Origin: the human T2T-CHM13v2.0 reference genome, Homo sapiens
Reading direction: 5' to 3' (one strand)
DNA: 64,000 bases
Assembly: GCF_009914755.1 (NCBI RefSeq)
Contig: NC_060928.1
Part shown: piece after piece, positions 12,811-26,254 of the stretch
Layout: the number at the start of each line of letters is the position of its first letter
Numbering within the stretch: the stretch's first letter is position 1
Notes under the pieces: model-generated
The model's input: the letters and a program-made list of their open reading frames with translations, nothing else
Databases searched by the model: none
What the model was told of the DNA's origin: nothing
Program-made: the position numbers and the translations under genes

Positions 12811-12812
12811 AA

Positions 12813-13040
12813 TACAGGCCCAAAATCCTTTATCCAAATAACTTATGGAATATAGCATTTTTTAGATTTTAGAAAATCAGTAAGGTACACATACTATATA
12901 GTACACACTGAAGTAGTGAAACATGCTGATTTTCCTCTAGTGCTTTTACTGTGAACGTATCAATGTTAAGGAAAGGAAAATGATATTAACTCAGAGATGA
13001 TGTCTCACAGCATATATTTACTAGCTTGCACAAATTTTTT
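12813..13040 (+). mobile_element. TcMar-Tigger non-autonomous fragment (MER46C-like)
   Basis: TA-cagg terminus tacaggcccaaaatcctttatcc...tttagattttagaaa resembles the recalled MER46C start. Confidence 0.5.
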
Positions 13041-13574
13041 AATGTTAGCAAGATTTAAGGCAAATTTTTTACTTATATTTTAATTGGATCCTATGATGAT
13101 TATTAAAGAAAAAAGTAGTTATCTCTAGAAAGTATAAATTGAGCTCTTGGCAAATGTGAGCAAAACCAGAAATCAGATTTTTTTAAAGTTACGTGTACAT
13201 TTGTCTATAGAGTTATAATTAAAAGTATTGTGCTCATAGCCAGTCTGTGATCTGGGGCATATTATTATATCTTCCTATGCCTTAAAACAATGTTTCCTGT
13301 AAGTATAAACAAAGTACCATTGACACTGCAGTTTTTGTCCATTTGCTACTTCCAAAAGAAAGGGGTACAAAACAGAAAAGTTATTTAAACTTTAAGCAGT
13401 TGGTTAGATATGGTAGTTATAATGAGCTTTGGTATTTTAATATGGGGCTTAAAAATTTTCATCTAAACCAACATTAATTATCTAAGTGTGATATCCTTAG
13501 GAGGTCTTTGTTAAGTCCTCCCAATTATATCCAGCATCTCCAAAGGTGACTGAAGTCCCTTCTAATAACTCATC

Positions 13575-14633
13575 TATCAGGGGAACCCGCCCCCAATATT
13601 TTAACATAGGTTCTTTCTATTTTCCATAAGTGTCGGCTGGCTGAGAAATAAAGAGAAAGAGTACGAAGAGAGGAATTTTACAGCTGGGTCTACGGGGATG
13701 ACATCACATATCAGTAGGACCGTGATGCCTACCTGACCTGCAAAACCAGCAAGTTTTATTAAGGATTTCAAAAGGGTAGGGGGTACAAGAACAGGGAGTG
13801 GGTCGCAAGATCACATTCTTCAAAGGGCAAAAAGGAGAACAAAGATCACATGCTTCTGAGGAAACAGGACAAGGGCAAAATCACAAACTCCTGATAAGGG
13901 TCCAGCAAAGATCACAAGGCAAAGGGCAAAAGCAGAATTACTGATAAGGGTCTATGTTTAGTGGTGCACGTATTGTCTTGATAAACATCTTAAACAACAG
14001 AAAACAGGTTCGAGAGCAGAGAACTGGTCTGACCTCAAACCTACCAAGGTGGAGTTTCCCAATCCTAGTAAGCCTGAGGGTACTGCAAGAGACCAGGGCA
14101 TATTTCAGTCATTATCTCAACCGCATGAGACAGACACTCCCAGAGCAGCTGTTTATAGACCTCCACCAGGAATGCATTCCTTTCCCAGGGTATTAATTAT
14201 TATTATTCCTTGCTAGGAAAAGAATTTAGCAATATTATCCTACTTGCACATCTGTTTATAGGCTCTTTGCAAGAAGAAAAATATGGCTGTATTTTGCCTG
14301 ATCCCGCAGGCAGTCAGACCTTATGGTTGTCTTCCCTTGTTCCCTAAAATCGCTGTTATTGTGTTCTTTTTCAAGGTGTACTGATTTCATATTGTTCAAA
14401 CACACATTTTACAACCAATTTGTACAGTTAACACAATTATAGTGGTCCTGAGGTGACATACATCCTCAGTTTAAGAAGATAATAGGATTAAGAGATTAAA
14501 GTAAGACTGGTATAAGAAATTATAAGAGTATTATTTGGGAACTGATAAATGTCCATGAAATCTTCACAATTTATGTTCCTCTGCTGCAGCTCCAGCTGGT
14601 CCCTCCATTCGGGGTCCCTGACTTCCCACAACA
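13575..14633 (-). mobile_element. MER11 (HERV-K11/HML-8 family) solo LTR
   Basis: Reverse strand starts TGTTGTGGGAAGTCAGGGACCCCGAATGGAGGGACC and ends GGCGGGTTCCCCTGATA; 1059 bp; perfect 6-bp TSD ctcatc at 13569-13574 and 14634-14639. Subfamily (A/B/C) not resolved. Confidence 0.92.
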
Positions 14634-15791
14634 CTCATCCCACCACTGGAGCATTTTTCCTTATATTTAACCTAAATTTATGAAACTACAGTTTATGCAT
14701 TTTTAATATTGTCAGATACTCAGGGTTAATGGACACAGTTGTTCATTGTCTCCAGATCCCATACTCCATGTACTCAAAGACACTTTCAGGAGATGACTCA
14801 CTCTTCCCTGGGCCCAATAATTTATATTTTATTAATCTTTTCTTAGAAATGCTTTTTTTCAACCCACTTAGCAATCTTGTTGACTGGTCCTTTGAACATT
14901 CTTTATTTTCCAAATCTGTCACAAATGATCGAGTCAAAGATATATAATAGTCAAATCTGACCCAATACTGATCACGGGGGGGTTTCTTTTAACATGTTTT
15001 GTAATCTAAATCATTTCTCTTTGTTGCAAAGTAGAGATTTATGGGCAGCTATTTAATCTCCAGATGTTTTTTCCTCAAATGGCCACATAGTGGGCAGTCA
15101 AAAATATTTGTTGAATGGAATGAAATGGAATTTTATATTGGATTTAATTTTTTTCATTCTAAGTAATCCTTCATATGCTTAACTAGCTAAATTTTACTTG
15201 TTGGTTCTGATATTCCTTCCCCAAATAATCAAAGTTAATTCAGATTATGGTTTTTTTTCTTATCCTGATACAGCTTAATATAGCCATTGAAAATATTCTC
15301 TAGAAAATTCTAAGTCTAATATACTTCTAAATTTTAAGCATGACACTGAAAAATAGTGAAAAGCATAGAAAAGGAATATGAAAATAGCATTGAAACATTT
15401 GGAATTAAGGGGTTTTAACCACTACTAAAGATAGAATATACTGAACCAGAAAACCTAGTCTTGATTTCTACCTCTATTTATGAGGTACATGACTTTGGAC
15501 TAGTATGAGTATTTATGAGGTACATCACTTTGGAAGAGTTACTGTGCTTTCCACCTCAATTTTTTCATCTGTAAAATTGAGGGAATATTCCCAGCTATCC
15601 TTTCTCACTGAGTAGCTTCAAAGATCAGAGATAAGGGATCTAGTGTTTGTGAATTCTGAGTTACTATGAAATGTAAAAGATTAATGTGTTTTGTTTATCA
15701 CTGTAAATAACCTTGATGGGGAGAACTTATGTGATTTAAGGTTGCAACTTTTTTTGTGTGATGTGAAATATTAAACATATTTTTAAAATAA

Positions 15792-16068
<277 letters not shown>

Positions 16069-16194
16069 TAGGTTATATGACTAGAAATATAATAAGATGT
16101 ATTTACAGGGCTAATCCGGTGGGCATGATTTGAGCAACACTAAAGTTATCTGATGTAGCGTAAAATTCTTGTTGTTTCATTAATGAGACAGACT

Positions 16195-16430
16195 TGTGCT
16201 TCTCAAAGTGTGTTTTATAGAGCATTATTTCTCTGAAATATTACACAGTTGTATGTGTTAAAAAGTTCTTAGGTCAAATACATTTAAGAACTCCTAGGTT
16301 TAGCTAAGTTAAATAGGTTTCTTAACTGTAGGACTTCTCAATACTCCAATGTGCTAACAATATTGCAAATCTCTAAGAGAGGCATATAATGTATCTTTTC
16401 CCAAGTTGTTTTAACCATGGGATTATTTGA
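16195..16430. mobile_element. hAT-Charlie DNA transposon fragment (Charlie4-like)
   Basis: ggtcaaatacattt...aagttaaataggtttcttaactgtaggacttctca...tttcccaagttgttttaaccatgg resembles a recalled Charlie consensus. Confidence 0.55.
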
Positions 16431-17563
16431 ATCTTGGGATTAGAGTTTACTGGAATCAACTTTAGGTCAGGCTGGGCTAAACTAGGAAGTATGGAGACCA
16501 TACTCCACAAAACCCAGTATCCCTCACTAGTTAGCTCTCGTTGCCTGGTTTTTGAGACTAATGGGTTGATCTTAGATTTAGGAATGAGGGTTGGGGAGGG
16601 CAGAAAGGTGCTGCACAAACTTAGCCAGAAAAGCAGCCATAAGTGGTGGTATGCCTGTATGGACACCATAGGTTTGCTGCAGGGGATTGTTAAAAAGCCA
16701 CTTTTCAAAGACAAAACTCTGGTGTCACAGGGGTAGGAGCAATCCCAGGGCAAAGAAACTCAGAAAAACTTTCTGCAGAACCCAAAGTAAAGGAAGTTAG
16801 GGGGACATGCTTTCTGTTCTAGCAATATATAATGAAATCTTATATAACTATTAAACATGTTTTATGGAAAATATTTAATAATTTTGGAAAATACCCATGT
16901 TACAAAAATGTTACCTGAAAAGTAGAAAGCTGTACCTGCCATTTGACTCCAATTAGATATAAAATACATGTCTGCATATGTCTGGATGTGTGTAAAAGTC
17001 TGAAAGAAAAAAGACCAAAATAGTAACCATGAGTATATCCTGTTTATGATATTTTGGGCGATTTTCATTGTCTTTTTGTTGTCTTTATCCAGTAATTTTT
17101 AAACTGTTCAACTGTACTATCGTTGATAACAGTAATTCATTATATCATTAATTCCTTCAGAGAAGGGGCAGAGTAACAGAACCCCACTCTTCTCAGCAGG
17201 AAAGTGAGGATTCTGATTCTTAATCATGTTTATTTTATTTTGGACATACTGAGTTTTAAAAATTCATTGAAGGTTTTATTAACTTCTATTTTTAACCTTT
17301 CAGATTTTCCTTTACAATTGAATGTGATAGATATGTCCAATTTTAGCTAGGAAATTTGTATTACGAGAGGGAATATAACATCACTTGGACCAGGAAACAG
17401 ATTTTTTTTCCCCAGTGTTGTCAGAAGCCCATTTTAACTAAAATAACATAGGATGTTTATTAACTAAAATAACATAGGATGATTATCTTAAGATGTAGAT
17501 TCCTAATCCTTATGACACATTTACTAAATCAGACTTACTAGGGAAAGTATCTCTCAGTCTTTA

Positions 17564-18050
17564 TCTTTATTTATTTATTATTTATTTATTTATTTTTTGA
17601 GACACAGGCTCACTCTGTTACCCAGGCTGGAGTGCAGTGGCACAATCTTGGCTCACTGCAACCTAAGTGATTATTGTGCCTCAGTCTCCTGAGTAGCTGG
17701 GATTACAGGCGTGCACCACCACACCCAGCTAATTTTTTTTGTAATTTTAATAGAGACAGGGATTCACATCTGAGTAGGCACACTTAGTCCCCAACACTCA
17801 ACCTTTTATTCAACCAGCGGTGAGCTGGATGTGAACATGACAGACCCAGTAGGGTTCCAATGCCTGACAACCTGCACCTGTCAGGAAGAGCCCCCTCCTT
17901 TCCTGCTCCCCTGCAACACATGGTTATTTTAATAGAGACAGGGTTTCACCATGTTGCCCAGGCTGGTCTTGAATTTCTGGCCTCAAGCGATCTGCCTGCC
18001 TCAGCCACCGAAAGTGCTGCGATTACAGGCGTGAGGCACTGTGCCTGGCT
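17564..18050 (-). mobile_element. Alu interrupted by a 164-bp insert, itself inserted into the end of a MER5-type element
   Basis: (ttta)n tail and both Alu arms. TSD tctcagtcttta at 17552-17563 and 18053-18064. Confidence 0.9.
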
Positions 18051-18052
18051 GT

Positions 18053-18205
18053 TCTCAGTCTTTAATGTGTACACAAATTACAAGGGGATCTCGTTAAATT
18101 GAAGACTGACTGAGTGTGTCTGGAGTAGGACCAGAGACTCTGCATTTCTAACAAACACAGGTAATGTTTCTGATCTGCAGTCCCCACTTTGGATAGCAGG
18201 GCTCT
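18053..18205. mobile_element. MER5-type hAT-Charlie MITE
   Basis: ggggatctcgttaaa...gagactctgcatttctaacaa...cactttggatagcagg. Confidence 0.7.
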
Positions 18206-19019
18206 TTCTAAAGCATAATGGCAGCTCCAACCCAGCAGAACCATATTCTGGATGGAGTCAGAACTAGCCAAATGTAGGCTATTTAAAATATAGCAATTGT
18301 GCCTAGGCATGTGTCCACCTGACTCATGTAAAATAAAAAGAAAAGGCGTTAATAGAAGCCAGATTATAGAACATAATGTTATTAATATGTATCAGGTGCT
18401 CTTATGAGTGGCCATATCAGAGAACCAGCCTCATTGTTGCTGTTATTACGCAACATGAGACTGTGCTGCAATTCCAAGTACCAAGCAGTAAGAAGAAAAT
18501 TGTTTTCTTTTACTGATTGCTGCATGTTGTCCTGAGGTTTTTCCCCTCATCTCTCTTCTACAGATTTTACAGAGTCTGTGGCTAGTTCAGTCACATTGTT
18601 CTTAGTCATGGAAATATTATGGTCTTTCTGATTCTGTGTAGTGATAAGTAAAAAGATTGTTTCTGCTGAGGGGTGAAAAGGTCTTCAAAGTAGTTTGCTT
18701 TCTTGTAAACAGTAAGACCTGCAGAGACCCTGAGAAGATGCCTGATATCTCCTTGAAAATTAAATTTCTGCTAGTGTTTTGAAGGAGCGAATTGTCACTT
18801 CTCACAGGTTAGGATCTGCTGCTGTGAATTCTGAAAGTTTTCAAGATTTTTGATTTATATTTTAATTAGATCCTATGGTAGCTAGTAAAGAAAATATCAT
18901 TCTCTCCAAAACGTATAAATGGGCCCTTGGTGATTGTGACCAAAGTCAGAAGTCAGATTTTTTTTTGAAGTTACATGCACATTTGTCAATAGAGTTATAA
19001 TTTACAAGTATTGTCCTCA

Positions 19020-19215
19020 TTGCCAGTCTGTAATTTGGGGCGTATCATTAAATTTTCCTGTGCCTTTGTTTTCTTATCTGTAAGTCAGGGATAGTAATAG
19101 TATCTACCTCATTGGGCTGTTGTGAGAATTAGGTGCAGAGGTACCTATAAAACTTTTACTGTAGTGCTTGGCATGTAGTAATAACTTAATACATATTAGC
19201 TATTACTGCTACTAT
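19020..19215 (+). mobile_element. MIR SINE
   Basis: atctgtaagtcagggatagtaatagtatctacctcattgggctgttgtgagaatta...gtgcttggcatgtagtaa. Confidence 0.75.
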
Positions 19216-19633
19216 TGATGTTGAATTCATTTATATAGTAATGATAACATTTCCTACTTAATTCATAAAAAGACAGCCTATGCTGTTTTCTTGTTCTGAG
19301 TTTATATGTTTCTCATGCTTTTTATTATGGTTCATTACAATTTTAATGTTATTTTTAACTAACTAGATCCTTTTGAAACAAATTGGTTTGCAAGTGTGAG
19401 CTGTTAGGTGCACAGAGAAAAATGAAAATAGAAACTTGCGATTTTATTCTAGGCTTGTTACCAAATATTTAGAATACTGTGTTTTATTTAGGTGTTTATA
19501 GTCTCATTAGACAGTTGTGATTTTAAAATAGAGACCACATCATCTCAACTTCTTTACTGTGAAAATAATGACAATAGTCTTTTCAGAGATGAATCTGTCT
19601 AGATGGGAAATTTACATGATTGATCTGATGAGT

Positions 19634-19696
19634 GCATCCAGCCTGGGCAGCAGAGCGAGACTCTATCTCCAAAATAAAATAAAATAAACAAAATAA
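19634..19696 (+). mobile_element. Very short Alu 3' fragment
   Basis: tccagcctgggcagcagagcgagactctatctc plus (aaaat)n tail. Confidence 0.75.
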
Positions 19697-20053
19697 TCTG
19701 ACAAGTAGTTTCCCCAGAAAATCTGATTTAGTAAATGTACCAAAAGGATTTAGAAATCTACATCATAAATAAACATTCTATGTTATTTTAGTTCAGACCC
19801 TATTTTAATTCAGACTTCCTATGGGATAAAAACTTCCATTCTTTCTTTAAATAGATTCTTTTGGCTTGAGTGCATTTACACCTGTCCCCAACAGCTGGTG
19901 GGCTTCTGCTCACCCTAGACGGTGTTCATGCTGCACTCAGTCCAAGCAGCCCTTATCAGAGAGTCTTCTTACCACTTGCATTCTGGTGCGAAGGACTCAT
20001 TCCTGGCAGAGCCTAACCTTCATGGGAACCATTGGCTTAGAAGAGAGGAGAAG

Positions 20054-20425
<372 letters not shown>

Positions 20426-21579
20426 CTATGCTCCACCTTTCACCAGAGATTTAACTTTTTTGCCAATTTTGCTCTTTACTGTCAGCCCAAAGGTGTCTGT
20501 GGAACTTTGTAGATTCTTCCTATGGGATGAAAGCTTTGACAAACAAGGTCTTATTTCTGTGAGTCCAACAACCCTTTTCTTTTGGCTTATAATGAATAGA
20601 TGGCTAAAACTTTTCTCTAACATGGTTAAAGAAATTTCAGAAACTAATTTCCAGCCCTTTTATTTGCTTTTCTCTCTGATCACTTAAAATTGTGATGCAT
20701 ATGTCCTGCATCTGTAGAGAGAATAGGGGGAGAGAGAGACAGGGAGAGGAGGAGAGACCATCTCATAAAACTCTTGTCATTCATCCCTACGCTCCAATCT
20801 GTGTCTCTAAAAGCCTCTAGGTTTTGCCACCAGAAACAGCCTTCAGAATATTGGAATAATTACATATGTACCATTCTCTTCAATGAACTAAACTCCTAAG
20901 CATAGAAGTAATTTAAGACAGTGTTATTTTTAATCATTTAGTCCAACAACAAATGCCAGAACTGGCCTGGGTAATGCCATAGGAACCACCTTGTTTCCTA
21001 TGAAACAGGAAGAGAATTTGCAAACCTACCTTTACTAAATAATGCTTACATTTTGCTATAGTTACTCTTGGCAAGAAGTTGAGCAGTGGGAGGTGTATAT
21101 GATAATATTTACATTTACTTCTCTGTGCTTACTGTTAATGTTTTCTGGGTAAAAATATGCAATTGACTATTTGGGAAACTTCATTTGTGAACACAGGTTA
21201 TATATGATCACATCCCTGGGGAAAATACATATTTAGTAGAAAGTGCCTGGCCAGCATTTCTTACAAGAACTTTCCTGCTCCTTTTTGTGGCTGATTTTAC
21301 CCCTGACTCCAGGGCCCAGTAGCCATTAGAAAGTACTGTGCTCCTCAGCCCAGTCCAACCATGCCTTTATCCAGCTGTCACTTGCTTCAGTACCTGTACA
21401 TTCCCTTTCTTTTAGTTTATGCAGAAGGCTGTAAGAAGCAACAGGCAAGACATATCTTTTGGTGGGTAAAACATGGACCAATGGTATAAAGATTCTGGGG
21501 ACATTTTCTAAAAATATATGAACATTCATGGTTGATGTTAATTTTAGTCATAATTCCCCTATGACACCCACTCTCACCT

Positions 21580-22160
21580 TCTTCCTGTTCATTCTCCAAG
21601 CTACTACCAGAATGGTCATTTCAGCATGCAAACCTGATCTTGGCAATCCTCTGTTAATCCTTCAGAGGCCGCCAGTTTCCACCAGGATAACGTCCAAAAT
21701 ATTTACAAGGCTTTAAAAGCTCCTGCACACTCTGCTTCTATCTCCAATTCCATTTGATGCCCTTCCTCCTGCACCTTCTTGCTGCCTCCCTCCCCCTGTA
21801 AGGTCTACAGCAATTCTGATGTTTCAGTCCCCTCTCTTTTCATTCTCCAGAGCCATAGCTCATAGTACTTCTTCTTATGTCATAGAGAAAGCATCACTTC
21901 TCAGAGATTTTTATGACGTGTATCCTCCCCAGCCTAGCTTAGCCAGTCCCTCACTCCCCACTCCCGTACTCACTAGCATCCTCTGCTTCTTTAAAGCACA
22001 CATTACCTGGGGAAATTGTTAAAAATCTGCCTTCACTTCTAGAATGTAGATCCCATGAAGGCAAGAGTATGCCCAATGCTTTATAACAAGCTCTTAGCCC
22101 ATGCTTTGTATAGCTGATGCTCAGTTTCTTGACTGACTGCATAAATGAGTGGATGGAGTA
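21580..22160 (+). mobile_element. L2 LINE 3' fragment
   Basis: ctagaatgtagatcccatgaaggcaag and terminal gactgactgcataaatgagtgg. Ends approximate. Confidence 0.55.
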
Positions 22161-24654
22161 GAAGGAGGCAGGATGCATGGACAGATGGTGGAGGAATTGT
22201 ATTGCTAGCACTTCTCTGATTCTTTTTTAGTTTCTAAATTTATACCATTCTAATTCTAAGAATTAATGGTTCAACTGCAGAGAATAGCAGGTATGCATTT
22301 GTTTTTATGAAATATATATATTGTGTATTTAAGTTGAATATTAGCCAAAGTATCAAGCAGGGAAAGAACAATTAGAAAAATCATGTACCAATGTCTATCC
22401 TGGTTATAGTTCATTTTTGGGCAAGGCTAGTCATTCATTTTAATTAACATTTTCTGCATTGATCAAAATAGCTCCCTTGAAATCAAAGAAAAGTGTTTGA
22501 ATTTCACAAACATATTTCAATTTCATAGCCTTGCGTTCAACAAGTATCAAGCCTATTCTAAGTTCTCTTTGAGTAACCAAAATACAAATAACAGACATAT
22601 AATTGCTATTTATATGTGATCTAACAGAACCCTCTTTTATTTAGATGTCTTAGGTAAGTTTTTTATTCATATTTATATTTTTTCTTTTTACAATCCTAAA
22701 AACATAGAATTACAAAAAAAGTGAACCAATACAAATGAAAAAAAAAATTTCATTTCTAATACTTAGATTACCAGTATTAGCATATTGGCATATTGGTGTA
22801 TTTATCCCTCTTTAGTCCTTTTTTTTTGGTTTGTTTTTCTTGTACATGATTGTGATAATAACATAATACTGCTTGAATGATTTGTTCTGCTACTTATTTC
22901 ACTTAATATTTTCACATAAACTCTAAAGTGTATCGGGGGTGGGTAGTTTTTTTTCTCTTGAAACTTCAGTGGGATGCTCTTAGTAATCCCATACTGGTAT
23001 GTGTGAGGAAGGAAAATTAGTTAAATAATTTGGTATGGTTATAGAGTAGAGCACACAAAATTGTAAGAACCAATAGCTTCTGAGCACTTCTGGTCTCTAA
23101 ATTCCTTGGAATGTTTCCCAGTGGATTGTAATGAAGGTATACATGATCATCTGCTGCTAAATTAAATGGTTCTTAGAAACCAAGAACCATTTAATTTAAT
23201 ATTAATAATTTATATTAATAAACCATCTGACATTTTACAAGTTGTTACTTGACTAATTCTTTGTGTTGCCATCTTCTAACTGTATGATCTAATCTCTTCC
23301 TTTCTCTTCAACCTCATCCCATGCCGCTTTCTTCATTTCTCAACATCCTCCAGCCATTGTGAACTCCTTTCTTTAAATTTTCCAAGCACTTTCTTTGTGC
23401 TTGCTGCCTGAAACCCTCCCTCTTCCCCAACCCCAATGCTATGCTTTTTGCTTGGAAAGTTTCATTCTTCCCCTTTCAGTTTAAACTGTGCTTCCTCAGA
23501 GAGGACCTCTTGATCTCCCTTTTTATAAAACAGGCTCCCGGTGCCAGGAAACCTTTACATCAACACTCGATTTGCCATTTGATAGTCCTTCATCTGGGAG
23601 GAAAAAAAAAGACGGAGGGGAGCTTGAAAAACTGTCATAATGTCCCTGGAATATGGTACTTTTAAGAGTTGAGCCTATTCCATTTTGGAGATGATTTATA
23701 TAAGTTACAACAAAAGAAGGGGACAAAAACATGATTGTTCTATGGAGTTTTTATAACTTTCTGTCACAAGAAAGCACGCTTGTCTACAATTTTGTAATAT
23801 TTCTAGTAAATAAAAGAGGCACTCCCCGTCTCAGAGCACCAAATAAGGAAAGTGTAATTGGATGTCATTGCTGTCAGTCAGCTGGGCTATAAAAGAGAGA
23901 GTGGGGTTGCCTCATCCCCTGGGTATCCACAGTCAGCTGTGTCCCTAGAGCTTCTTTTCTTTCATTGCTGCCCAGCTGGGTATATTGCAAGTATGGATTA
24001 TAAGAGGGGAAGGGACTTCACTGTTTTAACGTTTGAAACAAAAAGGAAAAAACTCAGAAGTAGTAAGCTAAAAACAACTTGTGCAAACGTTCTGGGATTA
24101 TTACTTAATTTTAAGAATTTTTGCTAAAAACAATAGGAACATCGTTGAAAAAAGAACCCCTTTGAGTGATGACTGTTTCATAGTGTTCTACATCTCCTAC
24201 TCCCTGCCTTATAAAAATAAAGCTAATTAATTGAAGTTCTGGCAAAGAGAAGGGAGTATTCCTTGGCCTTTGACCAAGAATTCCCCTCACCACCATGAAC
24301 ATTCCCACGCATTTCCCCACCAGTTACTCTCCATGATGTCTTCCTTCCTAACTCTTACCAAAATCTCAAATTACAGCACTCGTTTATCTCCATATTTAAA
24401 GTCTGCTTCTCCCATTAGAATTCAAGCCATGTAAGATCCAGACCCTCAGTCTTGTCTACCCCGTTCACCCTGTCTCCTTAGTGCCCGCCACAGTGGTCGG
24501 CATCTGCTTGGCCATCAAATATACACTGATTGAATAAATAAATCAATGATTTAAAGAAATCAATTATTTTTTTAAAGTAGATTCTTATGCTTTGTCCCAC
24601 TTGTGTCCTTTGAGGAAAAGTGTGAAATACTACCTGGGGTTCTAACAGGATCTT

Positions 24655-25120
24655 TGCATTCACTTAGTAAACACTTATTGAGTGCCTGTCACCAGGTCAA
24701 GCCCTGGAAATGCCACCCAAATAAGACATGATTGATGCCCTCCAGGACCTCAGAGACTAGCAGAGGGACAGACACATGTGTGTAAATAGCTGCAATTCTT
24801 TATGAAAGTGTGTAATAGGGGCTTATAAGCATGAACTCTTGAGGTACAAGAGGGAAGAATTTGATTCTGCCTGGGGCAGAATCACTCCACAGAGGCCGTG
24901 ATATTTATGCTGGGCCTTGAAGGAAGAAGAGATTTTTGGCAGGTTAATTAGCAGGAAAGAGAGCATTGGGTCTGAGACGTGAAAATGAATGGCATGTTTG
25001 GACAGCATTGTGTATTTTGGTGGGGTAGATTGTAAACTCTGGCCCAAGAAGTTTGAGTTTGATCTTAAAGGAGCCAGGGAAACTGTTTAAGCAAGGGAGG
25101 CCATGGTAGGAAATGTATAT
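24655..25120 (-). mobile_element. L2 LINE fragment
   Basis: cattcacttagtaaacacttattgagtgcct (reverse L2 tail) with degenerate L2 body. Confidence 0.55.
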
Positions 25121-25598
25121 TAGAGTGCAACAATGTGCGGAGTTCACTGGGGGTGGGGAGTACATGCTGTGATTAGAAACCAAACCATTCGCTTCCATCA
25201 TAGGTATTTTCAGTTAAAACAACCTTGATTTAAAGATCATAATAATGTATCTTTCGTAGAGATGAACTTTAGAATTTCATAGAGATGAATAGTTGGCTAG
25301 AAATTGGTTGCTCTATTAAAATGTATTTTCCAGATAAAGACTTTTTAAGTTATTTTTGTTGAATTTTAGAAACTTTTGAAAATCATTTTTAAAAAATGTA
25401 CCCAGATCAAGGTTGCAGTATAAATCACTGCAGAACAAAATTCGTGAATCTTCATGTGATATATAATTAAATATTTTGGATTCATCCAGATGAATAAAAT
25501 GACTAGGCCTTTTCCTCCTGCCCTTGTTAAAGGTAATGCCTCTTTATCAATACTTCACACACACACACACACAAAAACTCAAAACCTTTCTCTTGCAG

Positions 25599-25685
25599 TT
25601 CCACGGCAACCTTCAAATGACTTGTTTGAAATATTTGAAATAGAAAGAGGAGTCAGTGCAGACGATGAAGCAAAGGATGATCCAG
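25599..25685 (+). CDS. NPNT: Nephronectin coding exon 9 carrying the LFEIFEIER integrin alpha8beta1 auxiliary site (25622-25648); likely cassette exon
   Basis: tttctcttgcag| ... CAG|gtgaca, 87 bp, phase 1-1. (I)PRQPSNDLFEIFEIERGVSADDEAKDDP. Confidence 0.96.
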
Positions 25686-26155
25686 GTGACACTTACACTC
25701 TTAGTGCCATCATAATGACATTTTATTGTTTCTCTCCATGAAAATAACTTTTAAATGTAGATCGTTTGGACCATTTGGGAAAATTACACCTGTTTTCTTT
25801 AACAACTCAGATTTTCTTTGTAGTTAAATCAGTTGAGCAAAAATAATTATGAATCATTTTCTTTTTTAAAAAAATTTTAAAGTAGTACTTAAACTGTAAA
25901 AAGGAAATCATATTTTATAAGTGATGATGTAACATTGTTATAATTTGGCAACACTTGTGTGTTCTATTTTTACAGATGATGCACTATTGTGCTGAGAAAA
26001 GATTAATGTAATTTCCCTTTGGTCTTATGGAAAGAAGCTCTGGTTATATGGATAGGAGAGAACACTTGTTGTCTAGATACCCCTAGTTCATAGATTCATT
26101 TGTTGTTTTTTGTTGATTTTCTGATCCACTCATCTTTCTGATTATTTCCTTGTAG

Positions 26156-26254
26156 GTGTTCTGGTACACAGTTGTAATTTTGACCATGGACTTTGTGGAT
26201 GGATCAGGGAGAAAGACAATGACTTGCACTGGGAACCAATCAGGGACCCAGCAG
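26156..26254 (+). CDS. NPNT: Nephronectin coding exon 10, start of MAM domain
   Basis: ttccttgtag| ... CAG|gtaaaa, 99 bp, phase 1-1. (G)VLVHSCNFDHGLCGWIREKDNDLHWEPIRDPA with the MAM C-x-F-D-x-x-x-C-x-W signature. Confidence 0.97.
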
